From a phage, in sequence record PZ445554.1: a DNA stretch of 64,000 nucleotides; one strand, written 5' to 3'. This document shows, piece after piece, positions 36,648-45,784 of this stretch. The notes below the pieces were generated by a model, which saw only the letters and a program-made list of their open reading frames with translations, had not been told where the DNA came from and searched no databases. How positions within the stretch are numbered: the stretch's first letter is position 1; every line of letters begins with the position of its first letter. The position numbers were made by a program, and so were the translations under genes.

Positions 36648-38330
36648 TTAAACCATTACAGTAAATCGACCAACTTTCTTCATTTGAAGATGCTGACCGT
36701 ATTCTTGCGGGTCATGGTCTTTATGCGAAATTATAAAAACATTAGTGTTTTTCATTGAATTTATAATATTAGCTACACCTTTAATACCTTCGGCATCAAA
36801 TGACCCATCAAACACTTCATCGAGTATTAATGTACTAATACTAACACCAGATACAATAGAAGCAATATCACGCCAAGTAAATAAAAGAGCAATATCAATT
36901 CGCGCTTTTTCACCTTCACTAAATGAAGCATAACTAAAATCTTCGCGACCACGGGATTTAATTGTCTCATTAAATTCTTCATCTAATGTAAACACATAAT
37001 CCGCTTCCATTATTTTAAGATAATGGTTAATCTGCTTATTAAATAATGGAATGTACTTTTTAATAATAGCACCTTTAATACCAGAATCTTTGAGCATATC
37101 AGTCAAAATTCCTCGGTGGTATTTTTCCATTACTAAATTAGTTTTTGTCTTAACAATTTTATCAAGTTCTTCTTGAAGCAGTGCTATTTCATCAGCATGG
37201 TCAATAAACTCAGAAGATGCTTTTTCTATAGCCGCTTTAACCTTTTTAGCTTTATCTACTGCTGCGATCAGAGATTGCTTTTTATTGCGAATATCATTTG
37301 CCAACGACTGCTGGGTTTTAATATTATCTCGGTATTCATCAACAAGAACTTTTAAATTATCACGGTGTGTTGAAAGCTGTTCAAACGAATGCGTACATTC
37401 AGAAACTTTATCTTTAATTTTAGAAACAACTTTATCACCGGAACTTAATTGTGACAAACAGGTTGGACATAATCCACCTTCGTGATACATATTAATGACT
37501 TTATTATACGAGTCAATTTTTGATTTAATTAAAACTGCTTCTTGACCGATTTTATTAAATGCATCAGTCGGGTCTTCATCTAAAACAATATTAACTAATC
37601 TTTCATTAGCTTCTTCTATTTCAGATTTTAGCGTTCTAGCTTCTTTTGCCAAATCATCATACATATTTTGTAGACGCGTAAGGTTGTCACCCGTTAATTT
37701 TTTCTGGCGTTCAACGTTATCATTATATATTTTAATTTGTTGGATAATACTATCTTTTTTAACATCAAGCACTTGGTTTTGTGAATTTAATTCGCGTATT
37801 AGTGCTTTATTAAGCTTATCCATTTCAGCTAATGTTCCTACCTCGAGCAGGTCTTCCACAAGCTTTCTTCGCGCAGGGGTCGACAAACCCATGAAAGGGG
37901 TATACCCTGCTGTACCAAGGACAACAATCTGCTTGAAACTGGCATATGACATTCCGATAAGCTGTTCAAATTCTGCTTGGAAATCTTTACTACTGGCAGA
38001 TTCATTAAGACGTGTACCGTTAACGGTGATTTCGAAAACGTTTGGTTTTTGTCCTCTTTTGATATAGTACTTTTTCTCATCATATTCCATCCACAGTTCA
38101 ACTAAAAGTTCTTTCTTATTTGTGCTGTTTATTAATTGGCCTTTCTTTACATCACGAAATGGCTTGCCAAAAAGCCCAAATGTGATGGCTTCTAGCATAG
38201 TAGACTTACCACCGCCATTTCGTCCAGTAATAAGAGTTTTTTGAACCTTATCTAATTGAATGTCAATAGGATTTCCACCTACTGACATTATATTTTGATA
38301 CCTAACTCGGTTTAGTTTAAAATTCTTCAC
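36648..38330 (-). CDS. 46: Recombination nuclease subunit gp46 (Rad50/SbcC-like ATPase)
   Basis: ORF track 560 aa; Walker A GRNGGGKST; coiled-coil middle; apparent GTG start after AGGAA. Confidence 0.85.
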   Translation of the reverse strand: MKNFKLNRVRYQNIMSVGGNPIDIQLDKVQKTLITGRNGGGKSTMLEAITFGLFGKPFRDVKKGQLINSTNKKELLVELWMEYDEKKYYIKRGQKPNVFEITVNGTRLNESASSKDFQAEFEQLIGMSYASFKQIVVLGTAGYTPFMGLSTPARRKLVEDLLEVGTLAEMDKLNKALIRELNSQNQVLDVKKDSIIQQIKIYNDNVERQKKLTGDNLTRLQNMYDDLAKEARTLKSEIEEANERLVNIVLDEDPTDAFNKIGQEAVLIKSKIDSYNKVINMYHEGGLCPTCLSQLSSGDKVVSKIKDKVSECTHSFEQLSTHRDNLKVLVDEYRDNIKTQQSLANDIRNKKQSLIAAVDKAKKVKAAIEKASSEFIDHADEIALLQEELDKIVKTKTNLVMEKYHRGILTDMLKDSGIKGAIIKKYIPLFNKQINHYLKIMEADYVFTLDEEFNETIKSRGREDFSYASFSEGEKARIDIALLFTWRDIASIVSGVSISTLILDEVFDGSFDAEGIKGVANIINSMKNTNVFIISHKDHDPQEYGQHLQMKKVGRFTVMV

Positions 38331-38590
38331 AAAAGATTCCTTTTAATGTATCTTTTAGACCATTCTATCATATCATCATAATCTAAAAAGTATTCATCAA
38401 ATTCAGCCATGCAAACAACACCTTGTGCTGCTTTTGATGTGATATAAATTATTCCAACATATCTAGAATCTTCTTCGGTATAATCAATATTTGCTATGAA
38501 TTCATCATTAATGTCAAATGTCGAAAACTTCACAGTATGCATCCTTAATACAAGATACAGCCATATCTCGTAATGATTTAGGGGTGTCAT
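38327..38590 (-). CDS. Hypothetical protein (87 aa); start uncertain
   Basis: ORF track; overlaps upstream ORF by 77 nt, alternative ATG at 38542. Confidence 0.5.
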   Translation of the reverse strand: MTPLNHYEIWLYLVLRMHTVKFSTFDINDEFIANIDYTEEDSRYVGIIYITSKAAQGVVCMAEFDEYFLDYDDMIEWSKRYIKRNLL

Positions 38591-38777
38591 TATCTAAAAT
38601 GTTGAAGTTAAAAGATACAGCCCAGTCAGTGCAGACCGTAACCTTTTTAATACAATTATCTTCAACTTCTAGTGGTTCAAACCAGTATTCAATAATTTCT
38701 TTATGACCAATATCATCTTTTACTTCGCATTCAAAATGCTGACTCATCATAACATTTTTAAATTCATCAAAAGTCAT
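38514..38777 (-). CDS. Hypothetical protein (87 aa)
   Basis: ORF track; ATG overlaps gene 47 stop. Confidence 0.5.
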   Translation of the reverse strand: MTFDEFKNVMMSQHFECEVKDDIGHKEIIEYWFEPLEVEDNCIKKVTVCTDWAVSFNFNILDNDTPKSLRDMAVSCIKDAYCEVFDI

Positions 38778-39793
38778 TGTGTTGCCTCTACATATAGCTG
38801 ATTTGCATATTGAATAAGTGCTTCACGATCAGAATCAGTGATGTCTGGAATTGCATTAATATACTCTTCCATTAATGTCTGAAGCGATTGAACTTCAACT
38901 TCTTCACTGTCATCTGACTCGACAGAGTTATCAATCTTTGACACAACTCGTAATGAATGCACAACTTTTTCTAGTTCAGATTCGAATTTCGTCAGATTTT
39001 TGTCTACTTCAGTTACTATAACACGTACTGATAGATTTGTAAAATCTTTATAGTCAATTTTTCCTTTAAATGGATAATGAATTCTACGATGCCAGGTAGT
39101 ATTGTTTGGAATAAATTCCATTCGTTCTGTTTCTGTATCAAACATCCAGAACCCACGAGGGTCATTCTCGTCACCTGCTGTTAGTGTCCATGGTGTCCCA
39201 ATATATCTGACGTTTGCAGCCTCAGAAATAGTATGGAAGTGACCAGACCACACTTCTTTATAAGTCTTAAGGAAATCAGGTTCAAGACCGTGAGATTTCA
39301 TTCCTTTATAAAAATAAAATCCATTCAGTTCCCAGTGACCAACACAAAAAGAAGCAGATGAAGTTTTGATGTGTTCAAGAATTTCACCAGTATTTTCTTC
39401 GCACATCCAAGGAATTAAATCAATCAAACACCCGTCAAAATCTACTGTAGTAGGCTTATCATATACTTTAACATTAGGATATTTAGCCAAAAGCTCAGTA
39501 GAGGCATTTGGATGCATTACATTTTTGTAGTGGAGATCGTGATTTCCTACAATAGTATGTAATGTGATTCCAGCGTCATCAAGCATTTGAACTATTTCAC
39601 GGGCAAACTCCATAGTTTTATGTGTGATTGCTTTTCGCACATCAAAAATATCACCATATTGAATCCATACAGTAATTCCATTTTTCTTAGAATATTCTAT
39701 CGCTTGCTTAATTCCATCAATTTGAATACCGCGAATCCACTCATCATCAGCTTTAACGCCTAAATGCCAATCACCCAAGTTTAGTATTTTCAT
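38774..39793 (-). CDS. 47: Recombination nuclease subunit gp47 (Mre11/SbcD-like)
   Basis: ORF track 339 aa; phosphoesterase motifs LGDWHLG, GNHD. Confidence 0.9.
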   Translation of the reverse strand: MKILNLGDWHLGVKADDEWIRGIQIDGIKQAIEYSKKNGITVWIQYGDIFDVRKAITHKTMEFAREIVQMLDDAGITLHTIVGNHDLHYKNVMHPNASTELLAKYPNVKVYDKPTTVDFDGCLIDLIPWMCEENTGEILEHIKTSSASFCVGHWELNGFYFYKGMKSHGLEPDFLKTYKEVWSGHFHTISEAANVRYIGTPWTLTAGDENDPRGFWMFDTETERMEFIPNNTTWHRRIHYPFKGKIDYKDFTNLSVRVIVTEVDKNLTKFESELEKVVHSLRVVSKIDNSVESDDSEEVEVQSLQTLMEEYINAIPDITDSDREALIQYANQLYVEATQ

Positions 39794-40394
39794 GGTGTCT
39801 TTTCCATCCTAATTTAGCTGCTTTTGAAACCAGTTCTTTAATTTTTCCTTTTGTCCATTCAGGACCAGGAGGTTCATGACATAACATTTGCTTAACTCCG
39901 TTATTATACCATTTTTTACCTTTATTATGTGATGAAGCTTTAAATTTATTTGACCTTCCTTTTGCATAACCTTCTGGAATATAAGGCAAAAAGGCAGATT
40001 TTCCTGTTAATGGATCATGTGAATGTATATTTCCTTTACAATTATGAGAACCATATAATGGATGATTTTGTCCTTTATTATCTCTTCCAAATGAACCTTT
40101 TGGAGCAGCATATGACATATTAAAGAATAATGGATTTTTAACTGCATCATGCAATCGTTGATAATATAACTCGCATTTAATAGCTTCTTCACGCGTATCA
40201 AATTCAGCTAAAATGCATGAATCAAATAAGTGAGGATTATCTGAAAGCTCTTTATTATAAATTTTCTTATACTTTTTAGATAAAACTGAACCATGATATC
40301 CAGCTAAATGCCTATCTAAAGACGTAGATCCAATATAAAAAGGAGGAAGTTTATCTCCACTATATATTGTTAAATAAGTTATATATTTTTTCAT
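39771..40394 (-). CDS. GIY-YIG family homing endonuclease-like protein (207 aa)
   Basis: ORF track; N-terminus YLTIYSGDKLPPFYIGST (GIY...YIG) with downstream conserved Glu; basic C-terminal region; overlaps gene 47 start by 23 nt. Confidence 0.65.
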   Translation of the reverse strand: MKKYITYLTIYSGDKLPPFYIGSTSLDRHLAGYHGSVLSKKYKKIYNKELSDNPHLFDSCILAEFDTREEAIKCELYYQRLHDAVKNPLFFNMSYAAPKGSFGRDNKGQNHPLYGSHNCKGNIHSHDPLTGKSAFLPYIPEGYAKGRSNKFKASSHNKGKKWYNNGVKQMLCHEPPGPEWTKGKIKELVSKAAKLGWKRHHENTKLG

Positions 40395-40531
40395 ATATCA
40401 AGAACCGTCATTGAAATGCAAAATAAAATTATTGAAATAAATCCATCTGGAGTGCTAAAGAACCCAATCCAACATGCTCTAGTGAATAGATAAAATGCAA
40501 GAAAAAGTATCACATATCCAAGAAATATCAT
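40391..40531 (-). CDS. Small membrane protein (46 aa), not in ORF track
   Basis: GGAG Shine-Dalgarno; MIFLGYVILFLAFYLFTRACWIGFFSTPDGFISIILF. Confidence 0.35.
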   Translation of the reverse strand: MIFLGYVILFLAFYLFTRACWIGFFSTPDGFISIILFCISMTVLDI

Positions 40532-40555
40532 TATATCAAACTCCGTATAAAGCTA

Positions 40556-40573
40556 AAGGGCCGAAGCCCTTTA
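40556..40573 (-). terminator. UUCG-tetraloop hairpin overlapping a-gt stop
   Basis: AAAGGGCCGAAGCCCTTT perfect inverted repeat. Confidence 0.5.
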
Positions 40574-41773
40574 TTTTGTAATAATGTCAAACTGTTCTTT
40601 AAAGCAGAAGCTTGAATCTTGATGCTGATACAAAAATTCATATGCTTTTTCTCGCTCACGGTCATAAAGAGCTCGGTCAGATGACAGTTCTTTAATACGT
40701 TCAAATGTTGATTCCATGTCATTTTCATCAAACCAAATGATACCGCTATCATGCGAGGTCAAAGGAGTATTATCAACACGGAATTTTAAATTTTCGCCAG
40801 TAGATTTCCAAAATACCGGAATTGTTCCACATGCACCAAGCTCGAGATGAGTATATTCTAAAGAACGTTGTAGATATTTTTTATCCAACTTACTCAACTG
40901 ATAACCAAAACCGGATTTACTCATGCGTTCAAGCATTTCGCTATTTACATAACGGTCAAGAATTTGCGTTGGCAAATTAGGAGCAATTTTAATTTGGTCT
41001 ACTTGATGAAGACGATAATACTCGTATGGAATTCCTTTTTCTTTAATAGGAATGAACGCTGGAGAACGTTCCAGACCTTCCATAATAGTACTTAGTCCTG
41101 CAGGTTTAAGATGTTTTTCGTGAAAATCAAACATCTGATAAAAACCTTTCCATGTAGTCGTACGACCAATCCAACGATTGATATTCATGTTAATTTCAGA
41201 AACATCTTTCCAGTAGGTTGACCGAACCTTCGCAATATCCATAGGAGGCTGAAAGTTATATACTGTCGGCGCTTCTTCAATATCATCAAATAAAGAAACT
41301 GTTTCAGGATACCACTCTTTCATCAGAACTTTATTAAAATCACCATTATCAGAATGACTAAAAATAACATCAGCTCGACGAACAGTTTCTTCTAATCCCA
41401 AATTTCGGCGCAAAGAAAGAGAAGAGTGGTCATGTTGATAAACTACAACACGAACCGAAGGTTTAATGTTATCAATAATTTTTTTATAGTTATTAATAGT
41501 GTCTTCTTCAACTGAAGTAGCAGGAACTGAATTGATAATTAGAATATCACAATCATTTACCAGCTTAAGTGTTTTATCGTATTCTTTTGCCAATAAAACC
41601 GGAATTGAAAATGATTTATAATCATGTGCACAGTTACGAGTAAATGATTTATCTTTAGCATAAACCAAAGTTACTTCATGACCATTTTTAATAAACCAAT
41701 CACGTTGCTCAAGAGAAAATTTAGTTACACCACAACCTTCAAGACCCCGAGCCATAAAAATACATACTTTCAT
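40571..41773 (-). CDS. a-gt: Alpha-glucosyltransferase
   Basis: ORF track 400 aa; N-terminus M.ICIFMARGLEGCGVTKFSLEQRDWFIKNGHEV matches recalled T4 a-gt. Confidence 0.85.
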   Translation of the reverse strand: MKVCIFMARGLEGCGVTKFSLEQRDWFIKNGHEVTLVYAKDKSFTRNCAHDYKSFSIPVLLAKEYDKTLKLVNDCDILIINSVPATSVEEDTINNYKKIIDNIKPSVRVVVYQHDHSSLSLRRNLGLEETVRRADVIFSHSDNGDFNKVLMKEWYPETVSLFDDIEEAPTVYNFQPPMDIAKVRSTYWKDVSEINMNINRWIGRTTTWKGFYQMFDFHEKHLKPAGLSTIMEGLERSPAFIPIKEKGIPYEYYRLHQVDQIKIAPNLPTQILDRYVNSEMLERMSKSGFGYQLSKLDKKYLQRSLEYTHLELGACGTIPVFWKSTGENLKFRVDNTPLTSHDSGIIWFDENDMESTFERIKELSSDRALYDREREKAYEFLYQHQDSSFCFKEQFDIITK

Positions 41774-41797
41774 TTAATATCCTCTTTGTTTTGGTTT

Positions 41798-41822
41798 ATT
41801 TTACCAAAAATTTATAAAGCAA
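41798..41822 (-). promoter_or_regulatory. Middle (MotA-dependent) promoter for a-gt: TTGCTTTA, 11 nt, TAAAAT
   Basis: Minus-strand TTGCTTTATAAATTTTTGGTAAAAT. Confidence 0.45.
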
Positions 41823-41824
41823 TA

Positions 41825-41842
41825 TAGGAGCCGAAGCTCCTA
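41825..41842 (-). terminator. UUCG-tetraloop hairpin (TAGGAGC-CGAA-GCTCCTA)
   Basis: Inverted repeat following a small ORF stop. Confidence 0.45.
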
Positions 41843-41956
41843 TCCACATAATACGCCATACAGAGGCTCGTTAGAACTTTTAAATTTTATGCGCTTATAT
41901 GTTATAGTTCCTTCTGCTTTAGCTTTATCATGAGACTCTTTAAAGCGTCTCATCAT
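41840..41956 (-). CDS. Small basic protein (38 aa), not in ORF track
   Basis: AAGAGGAAA Shine-Dalgarno; MMRRFKESHDKAKAEGTITYKRIKF. Confidence 0.3.
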   Translation of the reverse strand: MMRRFKESHDKAKAEGTITYKRIKFKSSNEPLYGVLCG

Positions 41957-42016
41957 TTCCTCTTTAGAGGAACGAATTTTATTATAATCTATTTCAGAAG
42001 TCTGGGTGTTCATCTT

Positions 42017-42220
42017 TCATAACTGCCACCATTTTTTAACTTGATAAGAATCAACCCACACTTTCATATTAGGGTCTGCTCTTACAATAGGAGGATTAAC
42101 TTCTTTAATTGAACTATCATGGTATTCTTTTTCAGAAATTTTCACACAAAGATGACCATTCAAAGATTCAGTAAATCCTGCATTAATTTTAAGACGCTTG
42201 AATTTTACGTGTGTAAGCAT
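42017..42220 (-). CDS. Hypothetical protein (67 aa)
   Basis: ORF track 42017..42223 (TTG); ATG at 42220. Confidence 0.45.
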   Translation of the reverse strand: MLTHVKFKRLKINAGFTESLNGHLCVKISEKEYHDSSIKEVNPPIVRADPNMKVWVDSYQVKKWWQL

Positions 42221-42506
42221 CAATCATATCCTCAATCTGCGATCTAGTAGTCTTCCAAAGAATACTAATGAGTTCATCGTTATATGGCTGTTTTAGAATA
42301 TCCCGACTTTTCTTGATAGCATATTCGTATTGAGCAAAATTATTATTTTCAGCTGCAATCTGAGCGTGCTTATAAAGACGATTCAGTTCGCGTTTGTTTT
42401 TATGCAATAACTTATTTGCTTTTCTTTCTGCTTCAAGACGGTTCTTTTCTTCAATAGAAGAAATAAGCTTTTCCACTTCATCATTAATTTCGGGTTTATC
42501 AGTCAT
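42189..42506 (-). CDS. Hypothetical coiled-coil protein (105 aa)
   Basis: ORF track; ATG at 42504-42506. Confidence 0.5.
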   Translation of the reverse strand: MTDKPEINDEVEKLISSIEEKNRLEAERKANKLLHKNKRELNRLYKHAQIAAENNNFAQYEYAIKKSRDILKQPYNDELISILWKTTRSQIEDMIDAYTRKIQAS

Positions 42507-42507
42507 A

Positions 42508-42753
42508 TTATTTCTCTAATATAAAATAAAAATCATCATCTGTTAAATGATACCGATAGTTTAATTCTACACCATTAGATTTAAAAGCGGTATCATACGG
42601 ATTTTCTGGATCAATATCAATGTCAAGAGCTAAAACCTCCCTGAGATACATTTTAAGTAAATAGGGAATAGCTTCAACTTCAGGTATTTCTTCCAAGAAT
42701 CCGGAGAGGTTAATCGTTAGCCTCATATAAAAAATCCAAACTAGGAGAATCAT
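42508..42753 (-). CDS. Hypothetical protein (81 aa)
   Basis: ORF track; ATG at 42751-42753. Confidence 0.5.
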
Positions 42754-43267
42754 CTACAACACTTTTCTTTTCAGCCCCCGGTGTTCTATAGGTTGATTCT
42801 TCGTAATGCGTCATTTTATCGTAGATGTCTTGAATAAAAGTTTCATCTACTAACGCAACCATATCGTCGTCACGGCTGTCATAGACATTGTGAACGAAGT
42901 AACTATATTTCTTTGCAACTTCCTTACGTTCCTTTTTAATACGTTGGACGAATGCATTAAAACAAGCTTGAGTTATATATGCATGTGGGTTTTTATATTT
43001 CGTTTCATCAAAATTATGAAGCCCCTTAATAGAAGCTTCTATACCATCTGCAATCATTTCTTGTTTCCAAGATTGGGTGTATCCTGAAAAGTTGAAACGT
43101 TTAGATAAGCCTTCTGCAATAAGCATAATGGCTAATCCGATAGTATCATTCTGACGAACTACTTTATTTGGGTCTTTATTATTTGCTAATTCTGTTTTCC
43201 AATCAATAATAGCTTGTAAAAGCTCTTTATTGTTTACGTAATTATATTTAGGCTTAGTTTCTGACAT
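42710..43267 (-). CDS. 55: Late-transcription sigma factor gp55
   Basis: ORF track 42710..43273 (GTG); ATG at 43267 gives 185 aa starting [23 protein letters not shown] as recalled for T4 gp55. Confidence 0.85.
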
Positions 43268-43345
43268 TTTCACCTCTTAGCTCAATTCATAGATCTATTA
43301 TATCATAATATTTGAAGATCTATCTTAAAGCATAGAGAATATCAG

Positions 43346-43615
43346 TTATCTAAGTAAGCAGTATGCTTGGAACACTTTCTCCATCATCTTTTTAAATTCA
43401 TGAATATCTATATAATGACTAGTTAGATCAGCATGATATAAAAAGTCTAAAAACTTTTCATGTGTACTAACATATTCACTTTCATTTAATTCAGAAACAT
43501 GACTTTCCCAATATCCAACACCAGTCTTATTTGGGAAAAATGAAATTTTCATGTATTGGTCAACATAGAAAATGCCATAATTTTCAATAGTAATAGAAAT
43601 ATTAATAAATTTCAT
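43346..43615 (-). CDS. Hypothetical protein (89 aa)
   Basis: ORF track; ATG confirmed. Confidence 0.5.
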   Translation of the reverse strand: MKFINISITIENYGIFYVDQYMKISFFPNKTGVGYWESHVSELNESEYVSTHEKFLDFLYHADLTSHYIDIHEFKKMMEKVFQAYCLLR

Positions 43616-43833
43616 ACATTCATCAACTTAGCCGCTTCAAGAGCTGCATCTAGTGAATCAAATTGATCAACATATTCAATCAATTCGCCGTAATTGGCAT
43701 ATAACCACCATTGGCTAAATTCATACTCAAGGATGAATCCGTTTCCTTCAATTTGAGTTAAACCAATGCCATTTGTATTTACTTCATATCCGGCAAGACG
43801 CAAATCGTTAATAAGAGCTTCGTTCATATTCAT
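43612..43833 (-). CDS. Hypothetical protein (73 aa)
   Basis: ORF track; ATG confirmed. Confidence 0.5.
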   Translation of the reverse strand: MNMNEALINDLRLAGYEVNTNGIGLTQIEGNGFILEYEFSQWWLYANYGELIEYVDQFDSLDAALEAAKLMNV

Positions 43834-44156
43834 ACCTTAGCAATTTTCAGGTCTGCAAATTTTTTCTTGCGTTGATTTTTCATGCGACGAATAGTTTTAT
43901 CGGAAATTTCATGCTTTTGATAAGCTTTAGATTCTACGCCAAAAGCTTTAACATCAAATTCCGACAAGATATATTGAACCAGCAATTCACGGACAGTATT
44001 ACGTCCAATCTTCTGATCATTCTGTTTCATCGTCTGATGAAGCTCTTTTTCCCATTTATCCAAAATTTGAGGAGTTACAATATCGCCTTTTTCTAGCAAA
44101 GAAACTACTTTATCATATGCGTAAGAATTAATGACGTTTTTAATTTGAATAGTCAT
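43830..44156 (-). CDS. Hypothetical protein (108 aa)
   Basis: ORF track; ATG confirmed. Confidence 0.5.
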   Translation of the reverse strand: MTIQIKNVINSYAYDKVVSLLEKGDIVTPQILDKWEKELHQTMKQNDQKIGRNTVRELLVQYILSEFDVKAFGVESKAYQKHEISDKTIRRMKNQRKKKFADLKIAKV

Positions 44157-44194
44157 ACATTATCCTCAATTACGTTAAAATTTTATTATCCAAA

Positions 44195-44210
44195 AAGGGC
44201 CGAAGCCCTT
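44195..44210 (-). terminator. UUCG-tetraloop hairpin
   Basis: AAGGGCCGAAGCCCTT. Confidence 0.5.
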
Positions 44211-44409
44211 AGCTAAACTTTTTGGCACCCTTCCAGCCTTCGTACATCATTGCGACTGACAATGACAAAGCTCCTTCACATGCTGCATACTTATTATTCC
44301 AGAACCAATTTAGAAAAACTTCATCCTCAATACCATTGTGTTTCATGTTCTGGAAAAATTTGGCGCGTTCTTCAGCAATTCGCTGCGATAATTTAGATTC
44401 AGGATTCAT
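44209..44409 (-). CDS. Hypothetical protein (66 aa)
   Basis: ORF track; ATG at 44407-44409. Confidence 0.5.
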   Translation of the reverse strand: MNPESKLSQRIAEERAKFFQNMKHNGIEDEVFLNWFWNNKYAACEGALSLSVAMMYEGWKGAKKFS

Positions 44410-44541
44410 TTAAATTTCCCAATTACCATTTTCATCAATAAATTTAATCCAGTCATTTACTGACCACTTAGTTGTATCGCCTTTTGGAGTAGCATTTAAA
44501 GTATATAGCCCTTGCTTAAAAAGCATTCGTTTGATATTCAT
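44410..44541 (-). CDS. Hypothetical small protein (43 aa)
   Basis: ORF track 44410..44625 (TTG); likely start at ATG 44541 after GAGGAAAAT. Confidence 0.45.
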   Translation of the reverse strand: MNIKRMLFKQGLYTLNATPKGDTTKWSVNDWIKFIDENGNWEI

Positions 44542-44548
44542 ATTTTCC

Positions 44549-44842
44549 TCAGCTGTAACGATAACACTCGTTTGATTTACGTTTAGCAACTCGTTGAGAA
44601 GTATTATAATCAAAATCATCGTCAATGTAAACTGATTTTTTCAACTTTCTTACTTCACCGCGTAATTGACGATTTAACTCATCTTTAACTTCTGAATCAA
44701 TACCTTTCATTCTACGCCATTTATCTGAGCGAAAAATGTTTTCAACCATATCTTTATGACTTACACCATCAGGAGCTTTACGCTTTCCGAAATAGTCATA
44801 ATCACGAACTTTCAAGTCTTTACGACGATACGTTTTACCCAT
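44549..44842 (-). CDS. Hypothetical basic protein (97 aa)
   Basis: ORF track 44549..44881 (GTG); ATG at 44842 after AAGGAA. Confidence 0.5.
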   Translation of the reverse strand: MGKTYRRKDLKVRDYDYFGKRKAPDGVSHKDMVENIFRSDKWRRMKGIDSEVKDELNRQLRGEVRKLKKSVYIDDDFDYNTSQRVAKRKSNECYRYS

Positions 44843-45017
44843 GGAGTTTAATTTCCTTAGCAACTGAACTAAATGCAGCACGATCGCAAATCATGCGTTT
44901 ATGTAACTTGAGTATAATATAGCAAACTTCAAAACTATTTACATGAGTAACACGAACAGCATTACCATTAATGAGATAATACTGTCCCTTTTTAATTTCT
45001 TTATCAACTACAACCAT
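44835..45017 (-). CDS. Hypothetical protein (60 aa)
   Basis: ORF track; ATG at 45015-45017. Confidence 0.5.
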   Translation of the reverse strand: MVVVDKEIKKGQYYLINGNAVRVTHVNSFEVCYIILKLHKRMICDRAAFSSVAKEIKLHG

Positions 45018-45047
45018 ATCAATTCCTCAAAGGTAATTCATATGTTA

Positions 45048-45078
45048 ATAATACCATGGTTTGAACTTGTTGTAAACA
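45048..45078 (-). promoter_or_regulatory. T4-type early promoter
   Basis: Minus-strand GTTTACAACAAGTTCAAACCATGGTATTATTAAC. Confidence 0.5.
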
Positions 45079-45158
45079 ACTTTGTGAAAAATATTTTAGG
45101 GAATGATAAGAAAGGAACGATAGCTTAGAATGGTAATATACAGAATGTGAGAAAGAAA

Positions 45159-45171
45159 GGCCCAGAGGGCC
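45159..45171 (-). terminator. Hairpin GGCCC-AGA-GGGCC downstream of nrdH-like gene
   Basis: Short GC inverted repeat. Confidence 0.4.
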
Positions 45172-45175
45172 CGTC

Positions 45176-45499
45176 TTAATCTTCTATGATATCTCTATCA
45201 TATCCAAGTGAAATGAGAGTTTCTTTGAAGTGTTTAATGTTCTTTTGTCTAGAATCATTAATGAAAATGACTGGATAACGAATGTTAAGAGATGTGAATC
45301 CAGCGCGTTTAGCAAGAGATACAATCAGTGGACGATCATACTCAATCTTACCATTATTTGTAAGAACTTTATAGAAAGTAAAAGGAGCATTGAGCTCCTT
45401 TAGAAGTTTTGTAACTGATTGACATCCAGGACAACGACCTACTTCATCTGGAATTCCATAGACTTCAATCTTATTCTTTAAGTTCGAGTTTTGTTCCAC
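45176..45499 (-). CDS. nrdH: NrdH-like glutaredoxin (CPGC active site); start uncertain, no in-frame ATG
   Basis: ORF track 45176..45628; N-terminal 43 codons are a shadow of the overlapping ORF; candidate GTG start at 45499 after AAGGAA; IEVYGIPDEVGRCPGCQ. Confidence 0.5.
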   Translation of the reverse strand: MEQNSNLKNKIEVYGIPDEVGRCPGCQSVTKLLKELNAPFTFYKVLTNNGKIEYDRPLIVSLAKRAGFTSLNIRYPVIFINDSRQKNIKHFKETLISLGYDRDIIED

Positions 45500-45734
45500 G
45501 AGAAATAATTCCTTGGTAAGCCCAATAAGGAGGATTAACAGAATCCTCGTCAGAGTTTTCTTCAGGAAAATAAACCTGGATAACAAATCCAGATGCATCA
45601 AAGGTAAAATAAACCGTAGGCAGTTCACCTAACAATTCGGCACGAGCATTAATTTCTTCGAGATCTCGTTCACGTCCAGCCCAAAAACTAGGATTTAGAC
45701 TACATTCGTAAAAATAATAGTCATTACCGAACAT
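45471..45734 (-). CDS. Hypothetical protein (87 aa)
   Basis: ORF track 45471..45761 (GTG); ATG at 45734 after GGAAGGG. Confidence 0.5.
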   Translation of the reverse strand: MFGNDYYFYECSLNPSFWAGRERDLEEINARAELLGELPTVYFTFDASGFVIQVYFPEENSDEDSVNPPYWAYQGIISRGTKLELKE

Positions 45735-45784
45735 GTCAAAACCCTTCCAACTCTCTACCACATACCGCTCAAAACTAATTATAA

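Noticed and set aside
40007-40201. 64 aa minus-strand ORF inside the GIY-YIG gene
   Set aside because: Alternate-frame ORF nested in a longer gene with clear family motifs.
45500-45628. Hydrophobic 43 aa N-terminal extension of the nrdH-like ORF
   Set aside because: This stretch overlaps ORF 45471..45734 in another frame; the glutaredoxin domain begins only after that gene's stop.
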